Part shown: positions 50,666 through 63,322 of the stretch, one piece after another
Layout of the letters: every line of letters begins with the position of its first letter
Numbering within the stretch: position 1 is the first letter of the stretch
Assembly (NCBI GenBank): GCA_002269645.1
Contig: NIVC01002396.1
Coordinates: 1-64,000 of the forward strand
Origin: Macrostomum lignano
Taxonomy: Eukaryota
Direction of reading: 5' to 3'
DNA length: 64,000 nucleotides
Program-made: the position numbers and the translations under genes
Notes under the pieces: generated by a model
What the model was told of the DNA's origin: nothing
Database searches by the model: none
The model's input: the letters and a program-made list of their open reading frames with translations, nothing else

Positions 50666-52609
50666 TAGAGGGTGCGTTTATGGTCACACCAGGACCCGGC
50701 GCCAACGAATCAGCTCGGCAGGGCCCAAGGGGGCCTGCCTTAACACCCACGGGACGAGTACCCTTCGAAGTGCGCCTTGCAAGGTGAAAATCAGGAGACA
50801 GAGTCTCTTGAGCTATCAGCCCGCCAGGGGAGGCAGGTGTGAGCATCGCTGGCTGGGATAAAGGCCATACCAGTCTCATACTGCACAGATAGTTCACCAC
50901 GCCATTACGTGCAGGACCCGGGGTCCTGGGGGCAACAGCCCCGGCAGACCAAGGCGCATTTGAGTATTGCTCAGAATCCTAAACTGATATCATACAGTCA
51001 GACTCTCCAGTTTCTAGATCAGGATGTCCCTGTACAGGCCCGGGGATTCCGTGACAGCTGGCCACGGCCAAGTGGGCGCTGGGGCCACGGTAGCTGAAAA
51101 ATAATAAGTTTCCCCTGTGCAGCGCGAGGCCGGCCCTGTCTGTCTTGTTCTGCCGAGCGAAACGATTAAGGAAAGGGGGAACGGCTGGCCAAATGGATTA
51201 AAACATCACGCAAATGGCCGAGCGAGCGCGGCTGTCCCAGCGCCTCGCCCGACTCTCGCCCTGTGTCTCTCGAATTCCAATAATAATAAAAGAGTTGGCC
51301 AAGTGCTTGACAAGGGGCCCGGGGGCTGTGTGTCGCGCGCAGAGTTATCGCGTGATAGGTGCAACGCGAGTAGAAACGGGTCTGCAGAATTGAGCGCCCA
51401 ATCCGCTGGCGTGTCTCTCCAGAACAGGCTTATCAGTTTCCCTTTCGAGTTCTCTACCTTGAGCAGAGATGAATGACTGCATTAACAGAATATACAAAGC
51501 AAAATTGTGTGCTGTGTGTGTGCGTGTGGATAAGCGGTTTCGACTCATTGTTCTCGTATACACAGTTGTCCCCGAGGCTCTTTGGCTACTGAGTGAGGCA
51601 GGCAGGCGGGAGGGAGCGGTCACTTTTGCTTTGAGAACGGCAAATAAAAGAGTTTCTGTGCTCAAGACGGCCCGGCCCCGGCCAGCCTCATTTCTTCAAT
51701 CCTCATCGTCCAGATCGATAGCTTCGGGCATTCAGTTGAGCCGTTTCCTCCCTGGCCCACATTGGGATATTTATCCCATTCACATCTGTCCCGCTCACTA
51801 CTGGGATGCCGGGCGCAGAACTGTTTGATGCAACCCAACCCGACCTGTTGTGGCAATTAGAGACCCCACACCACTGGGCTGGGTTAGTGGCTTCGATCCA
51901 CTTTTTCTCACACTGTCGCTCGCATTCCGTGCTCTCTCTCTCTGTTCCTTAATTCCCCATTCACTCACTCACTCGGCTCACTCACTCCAAGCACTCTCAA
52001 TGGAAGCTGCATGTTGGTAAAACAATCCCGGATGCTGTTCACTCGACTGAGCAAAACAACAAGCAAAGTGGGAGGAGCTGCCGGAGCAGTCATTAAAGCT
52101 CAGATTAGATTTCCATCATTCGTACCTGCCCCCGACAGTCGGAAGTTATCCCTAATGAGAAGTGGGAGGAGGGCAGATTGATGCAGAGCCGAGCGGCTTC
52201 TGAGCTGCCACGGCGGTGTGAAGAGGCATTGCCGTAGATTAGCTTGCTCTCCAAACCGACAAAGAGATTAAGGATTTTAGCAAGTCCGCTTTAATCCGCC
52301 AATATCGTTCCCATTTCCTGTGGATCTGTTCTTCTATCTTTGAGGCATTTTTCTTAGCTTAAATCGCACGCAAAATCCGTAAAGGGATTTTCATCATTTG
52401 TCTCTCAGCTGGGCCGCCTAATATTCAGGCCTGTCTGGAAGCAACACAGAGTCACGCCACAATACCATTCACGTCTTGGCCATGTCCTTTGCCGATGGTT
52501 TCCTTAATAATGCACCTACTTTTTGCGACCCACTTTCCCTTATGCCTACCACTTCTGCCCCTCTCCGGTTTCTGGCATCTTGTAACTACCGTTAATCACT
52601 AGTCTGCCT

Positions 52610-53095
52610 ATGGTCTACTTCTCTCCCCCTGTCTACTTCTCTCCCCCGTCTGCTTCCCTCTCCGTTGTTTACTTCTCTCCCCCTGTCTGCTTCGCTCCCC
52701 TGTCTACTTCTCTCCCCTGTCTGCTTCGCTCCCCCTGTCTACTTCCCTCTCCACTGTCTACTTCTCTCCCCTGTCTGCTTCGCTCCCCTGTCTACTTCTC
52801 TCCCCTGTCTGCTTCGCTCCCCCTGTCTACTTCCCTCTCTACTGTCTACTTCTCTCCCCTGTCTGCTTCGCTCCCCCTGTCTACTTCTCTCCCCTGTCTG
52901 CTTCGCTCCCCTGTCTACTTCTCTCCCCTGTCTGCTTCCCTCTCCGTTGTTTACTTCTCTTCCCCTGTCTACTTCTCCCCCCTGCCTGCTTCGCTCCCCT
53001 TGTCTACTTCTCTCACCACTGTCTACTTCTCTCACCATTGTCTACTTCTCTTTTCCCTGTCTACTTCTCTACCCCCTGTCTACTTCCCTCCCAGC
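52610..53095. repeat. CT-rich minisatellite (CCCCTGTCTACTTCTCT)
   Basis: Imperfect 17-19 bp units. Confidence 0.85.
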
Positions 53096-53761
53096 TGACT
53101 ACTTGTCTCATTATACTTCCTTCAGTTTGTCAGGGCTCAGTATTTCTCTGTTTGTTTTCCAGGTTCAACTTTGACAGTTCCCTGTCTACTCCCTACCTAC
53201 TCCCATGTCTCCTTCTCACACAGTCTTAAAAAGGCAATTAACTTAAACAAAACCACCTATCCCATAAGAGGCAGCGCTTTGAATTCGTAGACGGCTACCA
53301 ATGCAATAGAAAAAATCGGCACACCAAGATACCAGCAAGTGACATTTCCGATTGCCAGACAAGGCGCGCTAGATCGTAAAAAATGCTATTAATGGAAATC
53401 GGAAAATATTTCACTTTGAAAACCCAGTCAGCAACGAGAGAGCCTCTACAAAATATAGTTGAGGTCAGGCTCGGGAAAATTAAAAGACAATAAATGCCCC
53501 CTCCCCCACCACCAACCTTTCACCGCCGCCGCGCTTGTAGTTTTCCTTGTCGTGATGCGCCCGAGCGCGGGCCTGTCAGTCAGTTGCACAGAATAATCAA
53601 GAGAGGGGGAGGGGAGGGGTGGGAGAGTAAAGGCCCAACTTTTACCCGCCCAGGCATTCCGTCACGCCTCCGCGCATTAAAGCTCTCGTGGCAGAACTAA
53701 GACAAACAAAATACAGATGCATGAAAGAACTTGAGGATGGCCCTGTTCCGTCAGAGGGTGC

Positions 53762-53797
<36 letters not shown>

Positions 53798-54061
53798 CTG
53801 CTGCCGCAATCTTAAGAAGCGACACATGACGTTGAGGGAGGGGGGAATTGCTTTTAATCACTAGACAATCAGCGAGTGAGGAAGAGGATGCCATGCAGAT
53901 GTGTATAGTATATGGGGGTTTAAGGGAGGCGGAACAGCTGCGAATGCTGATTCTCACGCTGCATTGCGGCCGACTGGGTACCAGCTTAATTAATAGTCAG
54001 AATCAAATGGAACTGGAGATAGTTGGCCAAGGTTGAGTTGATAGACATAGATGACCATTGG

Positions 54062-55265
54062 GAAGGAGAGAGACAGAATTAGACACTGGGAGGGAGGGAG
54101 AGAAGTAGACACTGAGAGGGAGAGATAAGTAGACCCTGGAAACGAGAGAGAAGTAGACACCGAAGGAGAGAAGTAGACACTGGGAGAAAGAGAGAGAAGT
54201 AGACACTGGGAGAAAGAGAGAGAAGTAGGCACTGGGAGAAAGAGAGAGAAGTAGACACTGGGAGAAAGAGAGAGAAGGAGACACTGGGGAGAGAGATAGA
54301 AGTAGACACTGAGAGGGAGAGATAAGTAGACCCTGGAAAGGAGAGAGGAGTAGACACTGGAAAGGAGAGAGGAGTAGACACTGGAAAGGAGAGAGGAGTA
54401 GACACTGGAAAGGAGAGAGGAGTAGACACTGGAAAGGAGAGAGGAGTAGACACTGGAAAGGAGAGAGGAGTAGACACTGGGGGAGAGAGGAGTAGACACT
54501 GGGAGAAAGAGAGAGAAGGAGACACTGGGGAGAGAGATAGAAGTAGACACTGAGAGGGAGAGATAAGTAGACCCTGGAAAGGAGAGAGGAGTAGACACTG
54601 GAAAGGAGAGAGGAGTAGACACTGGAAAGGAGAGAGGAGTAGACACTGGAAAGGAGAGAGGAGTAGACACTGGAAAGGAGAGAGGAGTAGACACTGGAAA
54701 GGAGAGAGGAGTAGACACTGGAAAGGAGAGAGAAGTAGACACTGGGAGAAAGAGAGAGAAGGAGACACTGGGGAGAGAGATAGAAGTAGACACTGAGAGG
54801 GAGAGATAAGTAGACCCTGGAAAGGAGAGATAAGTAGACCCTGGAAAGGAGAGAGGAGTAGACACTGGAAAGGAGAGAGGAGTAGACACTGGAAAGGAGA
54901 GAGGAGTAGAAACTGGAAAGGAGAGAGGAGTAGACACTGGAAAGGAGAGAGGAGTAGACACTGGGGGAGAGAAGTAGACACTGGGGGGAGAGAGAAGTAG
55001 ACACTGGGGAGAGAGAGAAGTAGACACGGGGAAGGAGAGAGAGAAGTAGACACTGGGAGAGAGAGAAGTAGACACGGGGAAGGAGAGAGAGAAGTAGACA
55101 CTGGGAGAGAGAGAAGTAGACACTGGAGAGAGAGAAGTAGACACTGGGAGAGAGAGAAGTAGACACTGGGAGAGAGAGAAGTAGACACTGGGAGAGAGAG
55201 AAGTAGACACTGGGAGAGAGCGAAGTAGACACTGGGAGAGAAGTAGACACTGGAAGAGAGAGAAG
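54062..55265. repeat. GA-rich minisatellite (AGTAGACACTGGAAAGGAGAGAG[G/A])
   Basis: 20-26 bp units with internal block duplications. Confidence 0.9.
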
Positions 55266-56298
55266 TGGCTGCCCGTAGGAAAATAGGGTTACTGAGAGAA
55301 TCAGTGGGGATTAAAACCGACTTGAAGCGTGGCAGACAGAGCAGTGAAATCACAACCGGACAATGGCCCAGGTGGAAAATCGTGAATCAGGCTAATGGAT
55401 GCCTCATATAATAACAAGGTTCGCACCGTATAATCCAACGGCAACAATCGAGCATGACGAGTCTCAAATTTGGGGCAGATTTTTTGTCTTTTTCTCTGTT
55501 GTCTCTCAACAAAACAGCTGGCGGCGGTTGTGAAGTATTGCTGCATGGGTGCTGCAGTGGCAGCAGGAGCTGACGGTCATAGAGGATCCCGCATGCCTTC
55601 AGTTTGATAACAGGGATCGAGAATAGGCGTGCCACGTGTGCCCTGTTGATGAGGCTCTAACTAATATGCTCATTTCCCACTCTAATACAATCTGTATAAT
55701 TAAACCGCGTCCCGGATCATCAATAGGGTCAATAGGGTGGGGGTGGAGCGCTAAAATTGGGACTCAAAGCTTGTCTGTCTCTCTCTCTCTCGACAAAATC
55801 CCCCGGCAATTTGAGGGAAATAATAGAGCTGAGAAGATTCAAATTTGGAAAAAAAAACAAAAATATACGGCTAACCGGTGGCAAATCTGCTTAACCTTGT
55901 AGTAGGCGCTGGTCATTTGAGATCAGAGATTAATATAAATAGTCATTATGAGCTATAAGGAGCAGCTGATCCTTGATTTTCTGCATAATTCCTTGCCCAG
56001 CTTCGGTGTCGGGGCGCGAGTTTCCTCCTATTGAAAATTCCAGATCCCCAATTGGCTGTCCAGACTCCCCTGTCCCAGCCAGTAAGGCTCCATCTGGTTC
56101 ATCCACGAATCCTGACCCCCTCTCTCCCGGGCATCCCCGTTCCCCATCACTCTGCCGTTACCCCCCAACCCCCTACTATTACGCTAGAGAGTGGCTGGGT
56201 AGTAAAGGCAACTCAGACGCCTCCCGCCCGCTTGCTGCGAATTTCCTGAAAAAAGCAAAGACAGTCACTCAGTTAGCGAGCGATTTGTTGAATTGCAG

Positions 56299-58629
56299 GG
56301 CCTCCAGCGAAACTCCAGTTTGTCACTCTGTCAGCAGCCAACTCAGCCTCAATGTCCACCTCGGCAGAGAAGTCCATCTGGCGACCCCAGCCGCTGCCGT
56401 TTCAGCCGCTACCGCCGCCGCCGCCGCCGCCGCCGATGCCGCCTCAACTGTCATTGCCGCCATCATCGTCACATTTAGAGGGCGGCGGCGGCAGCGCAGG
56501 CAGCGGCGGCAGCGGCGGTGGCGGCGGTGCGGCAGCCGCGACCAGCCCTGCAGCGGCGGCGGCGGCAGCGGCTGCAGCAGCGGCAGCATTTCAATCATCA
56601 GCCTACAACTTCTACCCGCACTTCCCCGGGCCGCCGCCGCCGCCGCCGCCTCCGCTGCCTCCGCACTCGGCGCAAGGATTCCACTCTATTCTGCCCGATA
56701 TGATGAAGCCGCCGAGATTTCCGGCCAGCTTCTCGCCTTTCCCATTGTCGCCAATTTATCCCAGATTGCCGCCGCTGGACTCGGTGGCCGCCTTGTCAGC
56801 TGCCGCCGCCAGCTATCAGTTCGGGCCTCCGATCAGCGTGGCCGGCGGCGGCCTCGGAGGCGGCGGGGGCGGCGGCAGTCGGAAAAGCCAGAGCTCCAGC
56901 GCCAAGCAGCAGCAGCACCAACTGCTTTTCCCGCTCTCCCGCCCGCCGGAAGTGTTTCCGCCAGCTCTGCGTCCAGCAGCCGCGGCTGCCGCAGCTGCTG
57001 CAGCTGCAGCCGCCGCCGCCGCTGCCTCCACAGCTTCCAAGGCTGACCCGGTGCACTCGGAGCGGCACCCGCACCAACAGTCGTCGCAGTCGCTGCCTCT
57101 GCTGCCGCCTCCTCCTCCGCCGCCGCCGACGCAGGCGCCGCTGCTGCCGCAGCCTCGCTACGAGGACGGGGTGCGCCAACAACCCGAGACGGCTTCTTCG
57201 AACTCGGCGCTGTTCCGACGCGGCACCCTGGTGACCACCGGCGCTGGGGCGATCAAGCGAGTTGAGGATTTGTCGCTGGCCGACTTCGACGGCGGCGGTA
57301 ACTCGCGCTACCGGCTGGAGCGGTGCCGGGTGGCCCGAGCAGAGGACAACCCGCCGGAGGGCACCGTGCGGCTGGAGTTCACCCTGGGCCAGGATCGGAG
57401 ACAGGTGAGCGCAACATGTGTGCAAAAACTTGGCAGCTATTTAGGCACCAATCAACAGGTAGGGAGGGGCAGGGGGCAGCTGACCCCTTGGCATAGAGAT
57501 CGAGGGCAGTTGACCCCTTGACATAGAGATCGGGGGGGGGGCAGTTGACCCCCTGGCATCGAGACCGGGGACAACTGACCCCTGGCATAGAAATGGGGAC
57601 TCGGTCTCCCCACTGAAATTTTAGATAATTGCTTTACTGCTATAGAAAAGCCATCCAGCGGAGGTCAAGGGGGTCAGGTGCTCCCTAATAAAAAATTGGG
57701 GGGGGGGTCATTAAAATCACAACAAGATTATATTGTAACAAGTTGTCATTCAGACTGCCATTGCAGCTGCACAGTATTCCCCAGGTGTTAATAGGGGCAT
57801 AATCCAACACACCAGTCAGTTTAGTCAAGGATTAAGTAAATAAGCAGTAATAAAGTCTCGATAGCCCGGTGCTTGTTGGCGATTGCTAAGCTGATGGGGC
57901 GGAGGCAGGGGGACAGAGCGAGCGGCCGCCCTGTCGCCGCGGGAGGCGCCCAAATGCGCCATTATTTCTTGGCCACTTTAATTACAGGCAACCAGAAAAG
58001 GTTTGTAATGATAATAACAGATCATCTGAAACCTGCGGCTGTGTATGGGGAGCCTTCGTAATCTTCATTCTTATTCTTGATGTTATTCGCTTTCAAATTA
58101 AAGGCTGAACCGCCACTCGGTCTGATGGCCCTGCAAAGGAGTGAAACCGAGACGGCGAGATGGCGGGGGTGGGGGCGGATTAAGTCGGGGTCGGGGAGGC
58201 CATTGCCGGGTGTCGGGAACAAGTATCTTAGTGTTTATCCCAGCTCGGATCCTCATTTTCTCTTGATATCCCCCAGCTAGTCGCTAGCCGGCGAGTGTCG
58301 GATCTCCGGCCTTAATCACCCGGCAGCAGGAGACGGGAGAAACCAAATGCTCTGCTGCAGCGAAAGCGGATCGAGCCAGACAGGGCTCGGGCCTTAACCC
58401 CCCCTTTTCTATGGAGCTGAAACCCTGTCCACTCCAGTATCGGAGCCCCATCACTCGGCCCCTTAGGGCGATTTCGGCATCACAGACCCCCTGCAGCAGC
58501 GCGGGTAATCGGGTCAAACACAACAAAGTTTCTCATCGCATCGCATTCGCATCCCAGCTGACTGTCTGTCCTCATTCAAGGAACCGCGGCCACTGCGGTT
58601 GTGTGAGCTGTCGGTGCGCTCAAGTGAGC

Positions 58630-58664
<35 letters not shown>

Positions 58665-61600
58665 GGCGTGTGAGCAGGACTTCTCTGCTCTCTCCCGCTC
58701 TCTTCAGATTTTCTTCAACTTGATCCCGGGGCGCGGAACCAGGGCGGGCAGATTTGAGCCCGCAGGGCTGGCCGGCCTGATCGCCCCCCCCCTTCCCGAC
58801 TCATTTTCCTCCGCTGCGGATCGCACAGCACAATCCCCTGCTGCTGTTTCTGCTGCGCGTTTAATCCAGATGGGATCGGACAGGCGGGGCAAAGACGGTT
58901 GGGTGCGGTGGGGGGCAAGGGCGTAATCCTTTGAGGAGGGGTCCCCGCCTGCTGGTTTGGTTTCGTGATTTTTGCCTTCAGGCGGGGGCATGGGATCGAG
59001 TCCGAGGCCACCCCCCCCCCTAGCCCTGCTCCTGCGGCTCCAGAGCTCGCGGAGTTTTGCTGCGCAGCCGCGGCTGAAAGTCGTAACTATTAAATAATTA
59101 TTGAAATAATTGGATTGCGGCAATGGGAGGAGGAAGAGACGCGGGAGCAGAAGAAACGGGGGAGTGATTTAATTCAATCAGTCCCATCCCATCAGAGTAA
59201 ATTTCTGTGTTATATCTTTGGCCTTCTCGACTTCTGAGATTTCCTGCACAAGGATGTGATGGCAAAACAGGGCTTAAATCAATGCACGGTTTGTAACAAT
59301 GACAGATTCTCTTGACCGGAGATTTTCTTAGCACCAGGGGCGCCAGCACCAGGGGCGTCAGCACCAGGGGCGCCAGCACCAGGGGCGCCAGCACCAGGGG
59401 CGCCAGCACCAGGGGCGCCAGCACCAGGGGCGCCAGCACCAGGGGCGCCAGCACCAGGGGCGCCAGCACCAGGGGCGCCAGCACCAGGGGCGCCAGCACC
59501 AGGGGCGCCAGCACCAGGGGCGCCAGCACCAGGGGCGCCAGCACCAGGGGCGCCAGCACCAGGGGCGCCAGCACCAGGGGCGCCAGCACCAGGGGCGCCA
59601 GCACCAGGGGCGCCAGCACCAGGGGCGCCAGCACCAGGGGCGCCAGCACCAGGGGCTTTAGCACCAGGGGCTTTAGCACCAGGGGCGCCAGCACCAGGGG
59701 CTTTAGCACCAGGGGCTTTAGCACCAGGGGCTTTAGCACCAGGGGCTTTAGCACCAGGGGCTTTAGCACCAGGGGCGCCAGCACCAGGGGCGCCAGCACC
59801 AGGGGCGCCAGCACCAGGGGCTTTAGCACCAGGGGCTTTAGCACCAGGGGCGCCAGCACCAGGGGCGCCAGCACCAGGGGCGCCAGCACCAGGGGCGCCA
59901 GCACCAGGGGCTTTAGCACCAGGGGCTTTAGCACCAGGGGCTTTAGCACCAGGGGCTTTAGCACCAGGGGCTTTAGCACCAGGGGCGCCAGCACCAGGGG
60001 CTTTAGCACCAGGGGCGCCAGCACCAGGGCTTTAGCACCAGGGGCTTTAGCACCAGGGGCTTTAGCACCAGGGGCTTTAGCACCAGGGGCTTTAGCACCA
60101 GGGGCTTTAGCACCAGGGGCTTTAGCACCAGGGGCTTTAGCACCAGGGGCTTTAGCACCAGGGGCTTTAGCACCAGGGGCTTTAGCACCAGGGGCTTTAG
60201 CACCAGGGGCGCCAGCACCAGGGGCTTTAGCACCAGGGGCTTTAGCACCAGGGGCTTTAGCACCAGGGGCTTTAGCACCAGGGCTTTAGCACCAGGGGCG
60301 CCAGCACCAGGGGCGCCAGCACCAGGGGCGCCAGCACCAGGGGCGCCAGCACCAGGGGCGCCAGCACCAGGGGCGCCAGCACCAGGGGCGCCAGCACCAG
60401 GGGCTTTAGCACCAGGGGCGCCAGCACCAGGGGCGCCAGCACCAGGGGCGCCAGCACCAGGGGCGCCAGCACCAGGGGCTTTAGCACCAGGGGCGCCAGC
60501 ACCAGGGGCGCCAGCACCAGGGGCGCCAGCACCAGGGGCGCCAGCACCAGGGGCGCCAGCACCAGGGGCGCCAGCACCAGGGGCGCCAGCACCAGGGGCG
60601 CCAGCACCAGGGGCTTTAGCACCAGGGCGCCAGCACCAGGGGCGCCAGCACCAGGGGCGCCAGCACCAGGGGCGCCAGCACCAGGGGCGCCAGCACCAGG
60701 GGCGCCAGCACCAGGGGCGCCAGCACCAGGGGCTTTAGCACCAGGGGCTTTAGCACCAGGGGCTTTAGCACCAGGGGCTTTAGCACCAGGGGCTTTAGCA
60801 CCAGGGGCTTTAGCACCAGGGGCTTTAGCACCAGGGGCTTTAGCACCAGGGGCTTTAGCACCAGGGGCTTTAGCACCAGGGGCGCCAGCACCAGGGGCGC
60901 CAGCACCAGGGCTTTAGCACCAGGGGCTTTAGCACCAGGGGCGCCAGCACCAGGGGCGCCAGCACCAGGGGCGCCAGCACCAGGGGCGCCAGCACCAGGG
61001 GCGCCAGCACCAGGGGCGCCAGCACCAGGGGCGCCAGCACCAGGACGCCAGCACCAGGGGCGCCAGCACCAGGGGCGCCAGCACCAGGGGCGCCAGCACC
61101 AGGGGCGCCAGCACCAGGGGCGCCAGCACCAGGGGCTTTAGCACCAGGGGCTTTAGCACCAGGGGCTTTAGCACCAGGGGCTTTAGCACCAGGGGCTTTA
61201 GCACCAGGGGCTTTAGCACCAGGGGCTTTAGCACCAGGGGCTTTAGCACCAGGGGCTTTAGCACCAGGGGCTTTAGCACCAGGGGCTTTAGCACCAGGGG
61301 CTTTAGCACCAGGGGCTTTAGCACCAGGGGCTTTAGCACCAGGGGCGCCAGCACCAGGGGCGCCAGCACCAGGGGCTTTAGCACCAGGGGCTTTAGCACC
61401 AGGGGCTTTAGCACCAGGGGCTTTAGCACCAGGGCTTTAGCACCAGGGGCTTTAGCACCAGGGGCTTTAGCACCAGGGGCGCCAGCACCAGGGGCTTTAG
61501 CACCAGGGGCGCCAGCACCAGGGGCGCCAGCACCAGGGGCGCCAGCACCAGGGGCGCCAGCACCAGGGGCTTTAGCACCAGGGGCTTTAGCACCAGGGGC

Positions 61601-63322
61601 GCCAGCACCAGGGGCTTTAGCACCAGGGGCTTTAGCACCAGGGGCTTTAGCACCAGGGGCTTTAGCACCAGGGGCTTTAGCACCAGGGGCTTTAGCACCA
61701 GGGGCGCCAGCACCAGGGGCTTTAGCACCAGGGGCGCCAGCACCAGGGGCGCCAGCACCAGGGGCGCCAGCACCAGGGGCGCCAGCACCAGGGGCGCCAG
61801 CACCAGGGGCGCCAGCACCAGGGGCGCCAGCACCAGGGCGCCAGCACCAGGGGCGCCAGCACCAGGGGCGCCAGCACCAGGGGCGCCAGCACCAGGGGCG
61901 CCAGCACCAGGGGCGCCAGCACCAGGGGCGCCAGCACCAGGGGCGCCAGCACCAGGGGCGCCAGCACCAGGGGCGCCAGCACCAGGGGCGCCAGCAGGAA
62001 ACTGCAGACTGACAATCCTTAATCAACCATTTGCATTAAACATGCGCTGATGACACACGCAATTCTAGAAGGCGCAGAACATGCAATGCGTGCCTTCGAA
62101 CTCTTTAAAATAATTCCGCAGATTCATCAGAATTCCGCTCTTATTCGTCAGTCTGCTCCCAAGAGGCTGGGATGGGGATGATGGAACTGTAAGTGAGAAG
62201 GTTGTGACCGGAGTTGTCAAGAGGGGTAATGAGGCAAATTCTTGTTAATGCAAGGCGCGCCCGGCTTAAATCGAATTTGTATTCTTGAGCACGACTTTGC
62301 AAATCCCCAGAAAGCATGGCAGCTCTTTCTCTCTATACACCACTACAATGCAACAATCAGGGTCCTTGATCACGGCCTGAGAGTTTACCCAAGAGGCCCC
62401 AAGGGAGACAGATCACTCACTCACACTCCCAATTTTACTAATTGGTTTTGTTTTCAGAGCACTGAAAGCAGGAAACACACATAGCTGAAGTATTCCTGCT
62501 AAACTGGTGTTGCAGCTTCATCAACTAGCTATATTTGATGCAGAACGGTATCTACAGTAAGACCTTGACAAACTCTTGGCTAAAGGCCCTCTCTGCTGGA
62601 AACTGGAGCTGACAACCTGACCTTAAAACACTGACCTAAATCAGATAAAAACTGACCTAAATCTGAGTGTAAATCAGAGTAAACACTGACCTAAATCCAG
62701 ATAAAACACTGACCTAAATCAGAGTATACACTGACCTAAATCAGAGTAAACACTGATCTAAATCCAGATAAAACACTAACCTAAATCAGAGTAAACACTA
62801 ACCTAAATCAGATAAACGCTGACCTGAATCAGATAAAAAAGTGATCAGATAAAGCACTGACCTTAACGGTAGCTAAAACACTGACATAAAGATTGACCTA
62901 AGTTAGTCAATTCTATAACAGAGTTAGATTAAACAAATAGCAAAGCCTGTCAAACTAACATCAGTAAAACAAGCAATCAAGCCACTAATAAGCAATATTT
63001 ATCAATTCCACAGGTGCGCAAAATCGAACTGCCAATCAGTCAGCCGTTCTACGTAGCGGACAAAGGCTGGGCCTCGCACAGTCCGACTAAAACCATGGAG
63101 CGTCACGGACTGCCCTGTCAGCGGCTGGAGATTGGCGACTCTGTAGTGTCCCTGATCCCCAGGCGCAAGAAGCCGGCGGCATCCTCCGAAGTGCTCGACA
63201 TGTCAACTAGCGGGGCGGCGTCGTCTTCAACGGTGTCTAAAAAATCCAGGCCGATCCCGGGGTCCCCCGCTGGCTCAGCCAATCAGAGGAAGCGGCCGAG
63301 GTCGCCCGACCCGAGATGCTGA
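56299..63322 (+). CDS. ATXN1: Ataxin-1-like AXH-domain protein
   Basis: Exon 56299-57404 (first ATG 56352; donor GTGAGC, phase 0) and exon 63014-63322. AXH: FRRGTLVTTGAGAIKRVEDLSLADF...VRLEFTLGQDRRQ|VRKIELPISQPFYVADKGWASHSP..T.ERHGLPCQRLEIGDSVVSL; C-terminal RKRPRSP resembles ATXN1 RKRRWSAP. N-terminus rich in poly-P/A/G. Symbol denotes family membership, not proven orthology. Confidence 0.88.
57470..57590. repeat. Short tandem repeat of about 31 bp (GGGCAG[C/T]TGACCCCTTGGCATAGAGATC)
   Basis: About 4 degenerate copies just inside the AXH intron. Confidence 0.7.
59328..61996. repeat. 15-bp two-variant minisatellite (AGCACCAGGGGC[GCC/TTT])
   Basis: About 178 copies within the AXH intron; occasional 14-bp units. 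Confidence 0.96.
62620..62890. repeat. Degenerate minisatellite of about 22 bp (ACACTGACCTAAATCAGAGTAA)
   Basis: About 12 copies ending roughly 120 nt before the AXH exon-2 acceptor. Confidence 0.8.

Larger units (their letters stand above)
45134..50945 (-). mobile_element. Full-length non-LTR retrotransposon, LOA/R1-like (I group)
   Basis: Direct repeat AGACCAAGGCGC at 45122-45133 and 50946-50957 (TSD); 3' tail (TAAGTCAAG)2 on the minus strand; two intact ORFs. Confidence 0.92.

Noticed and set aside
45498-50668. Multiple plus-strand ORFs overlapping the LINE
   Set aside because: Antisense shadows of GC-rich coding sequence with no recognisable domains.
53760-53805. CAG/CTG tract near an ataxin-1-like gene as a polyQ exon
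   Set aside because: It reads as polyQ only on the strand opposite the gene, and no convincing splice sites link it to the CDS.
53990-55353. 400-aa Ser/Leu/Pro-rich ORFs on the minus strand
   Set aside because: Low-complexity GA/CT minisatellite open in all three frames.
59098-62026. ORFs such as STRGA, APLVL, WCWRP and PGA repeats (collagen- or antifreeze-like)
   Set aside because: Artefacts of the 15-bp repeat; the region lies inside the intron that splits the AXH domain.
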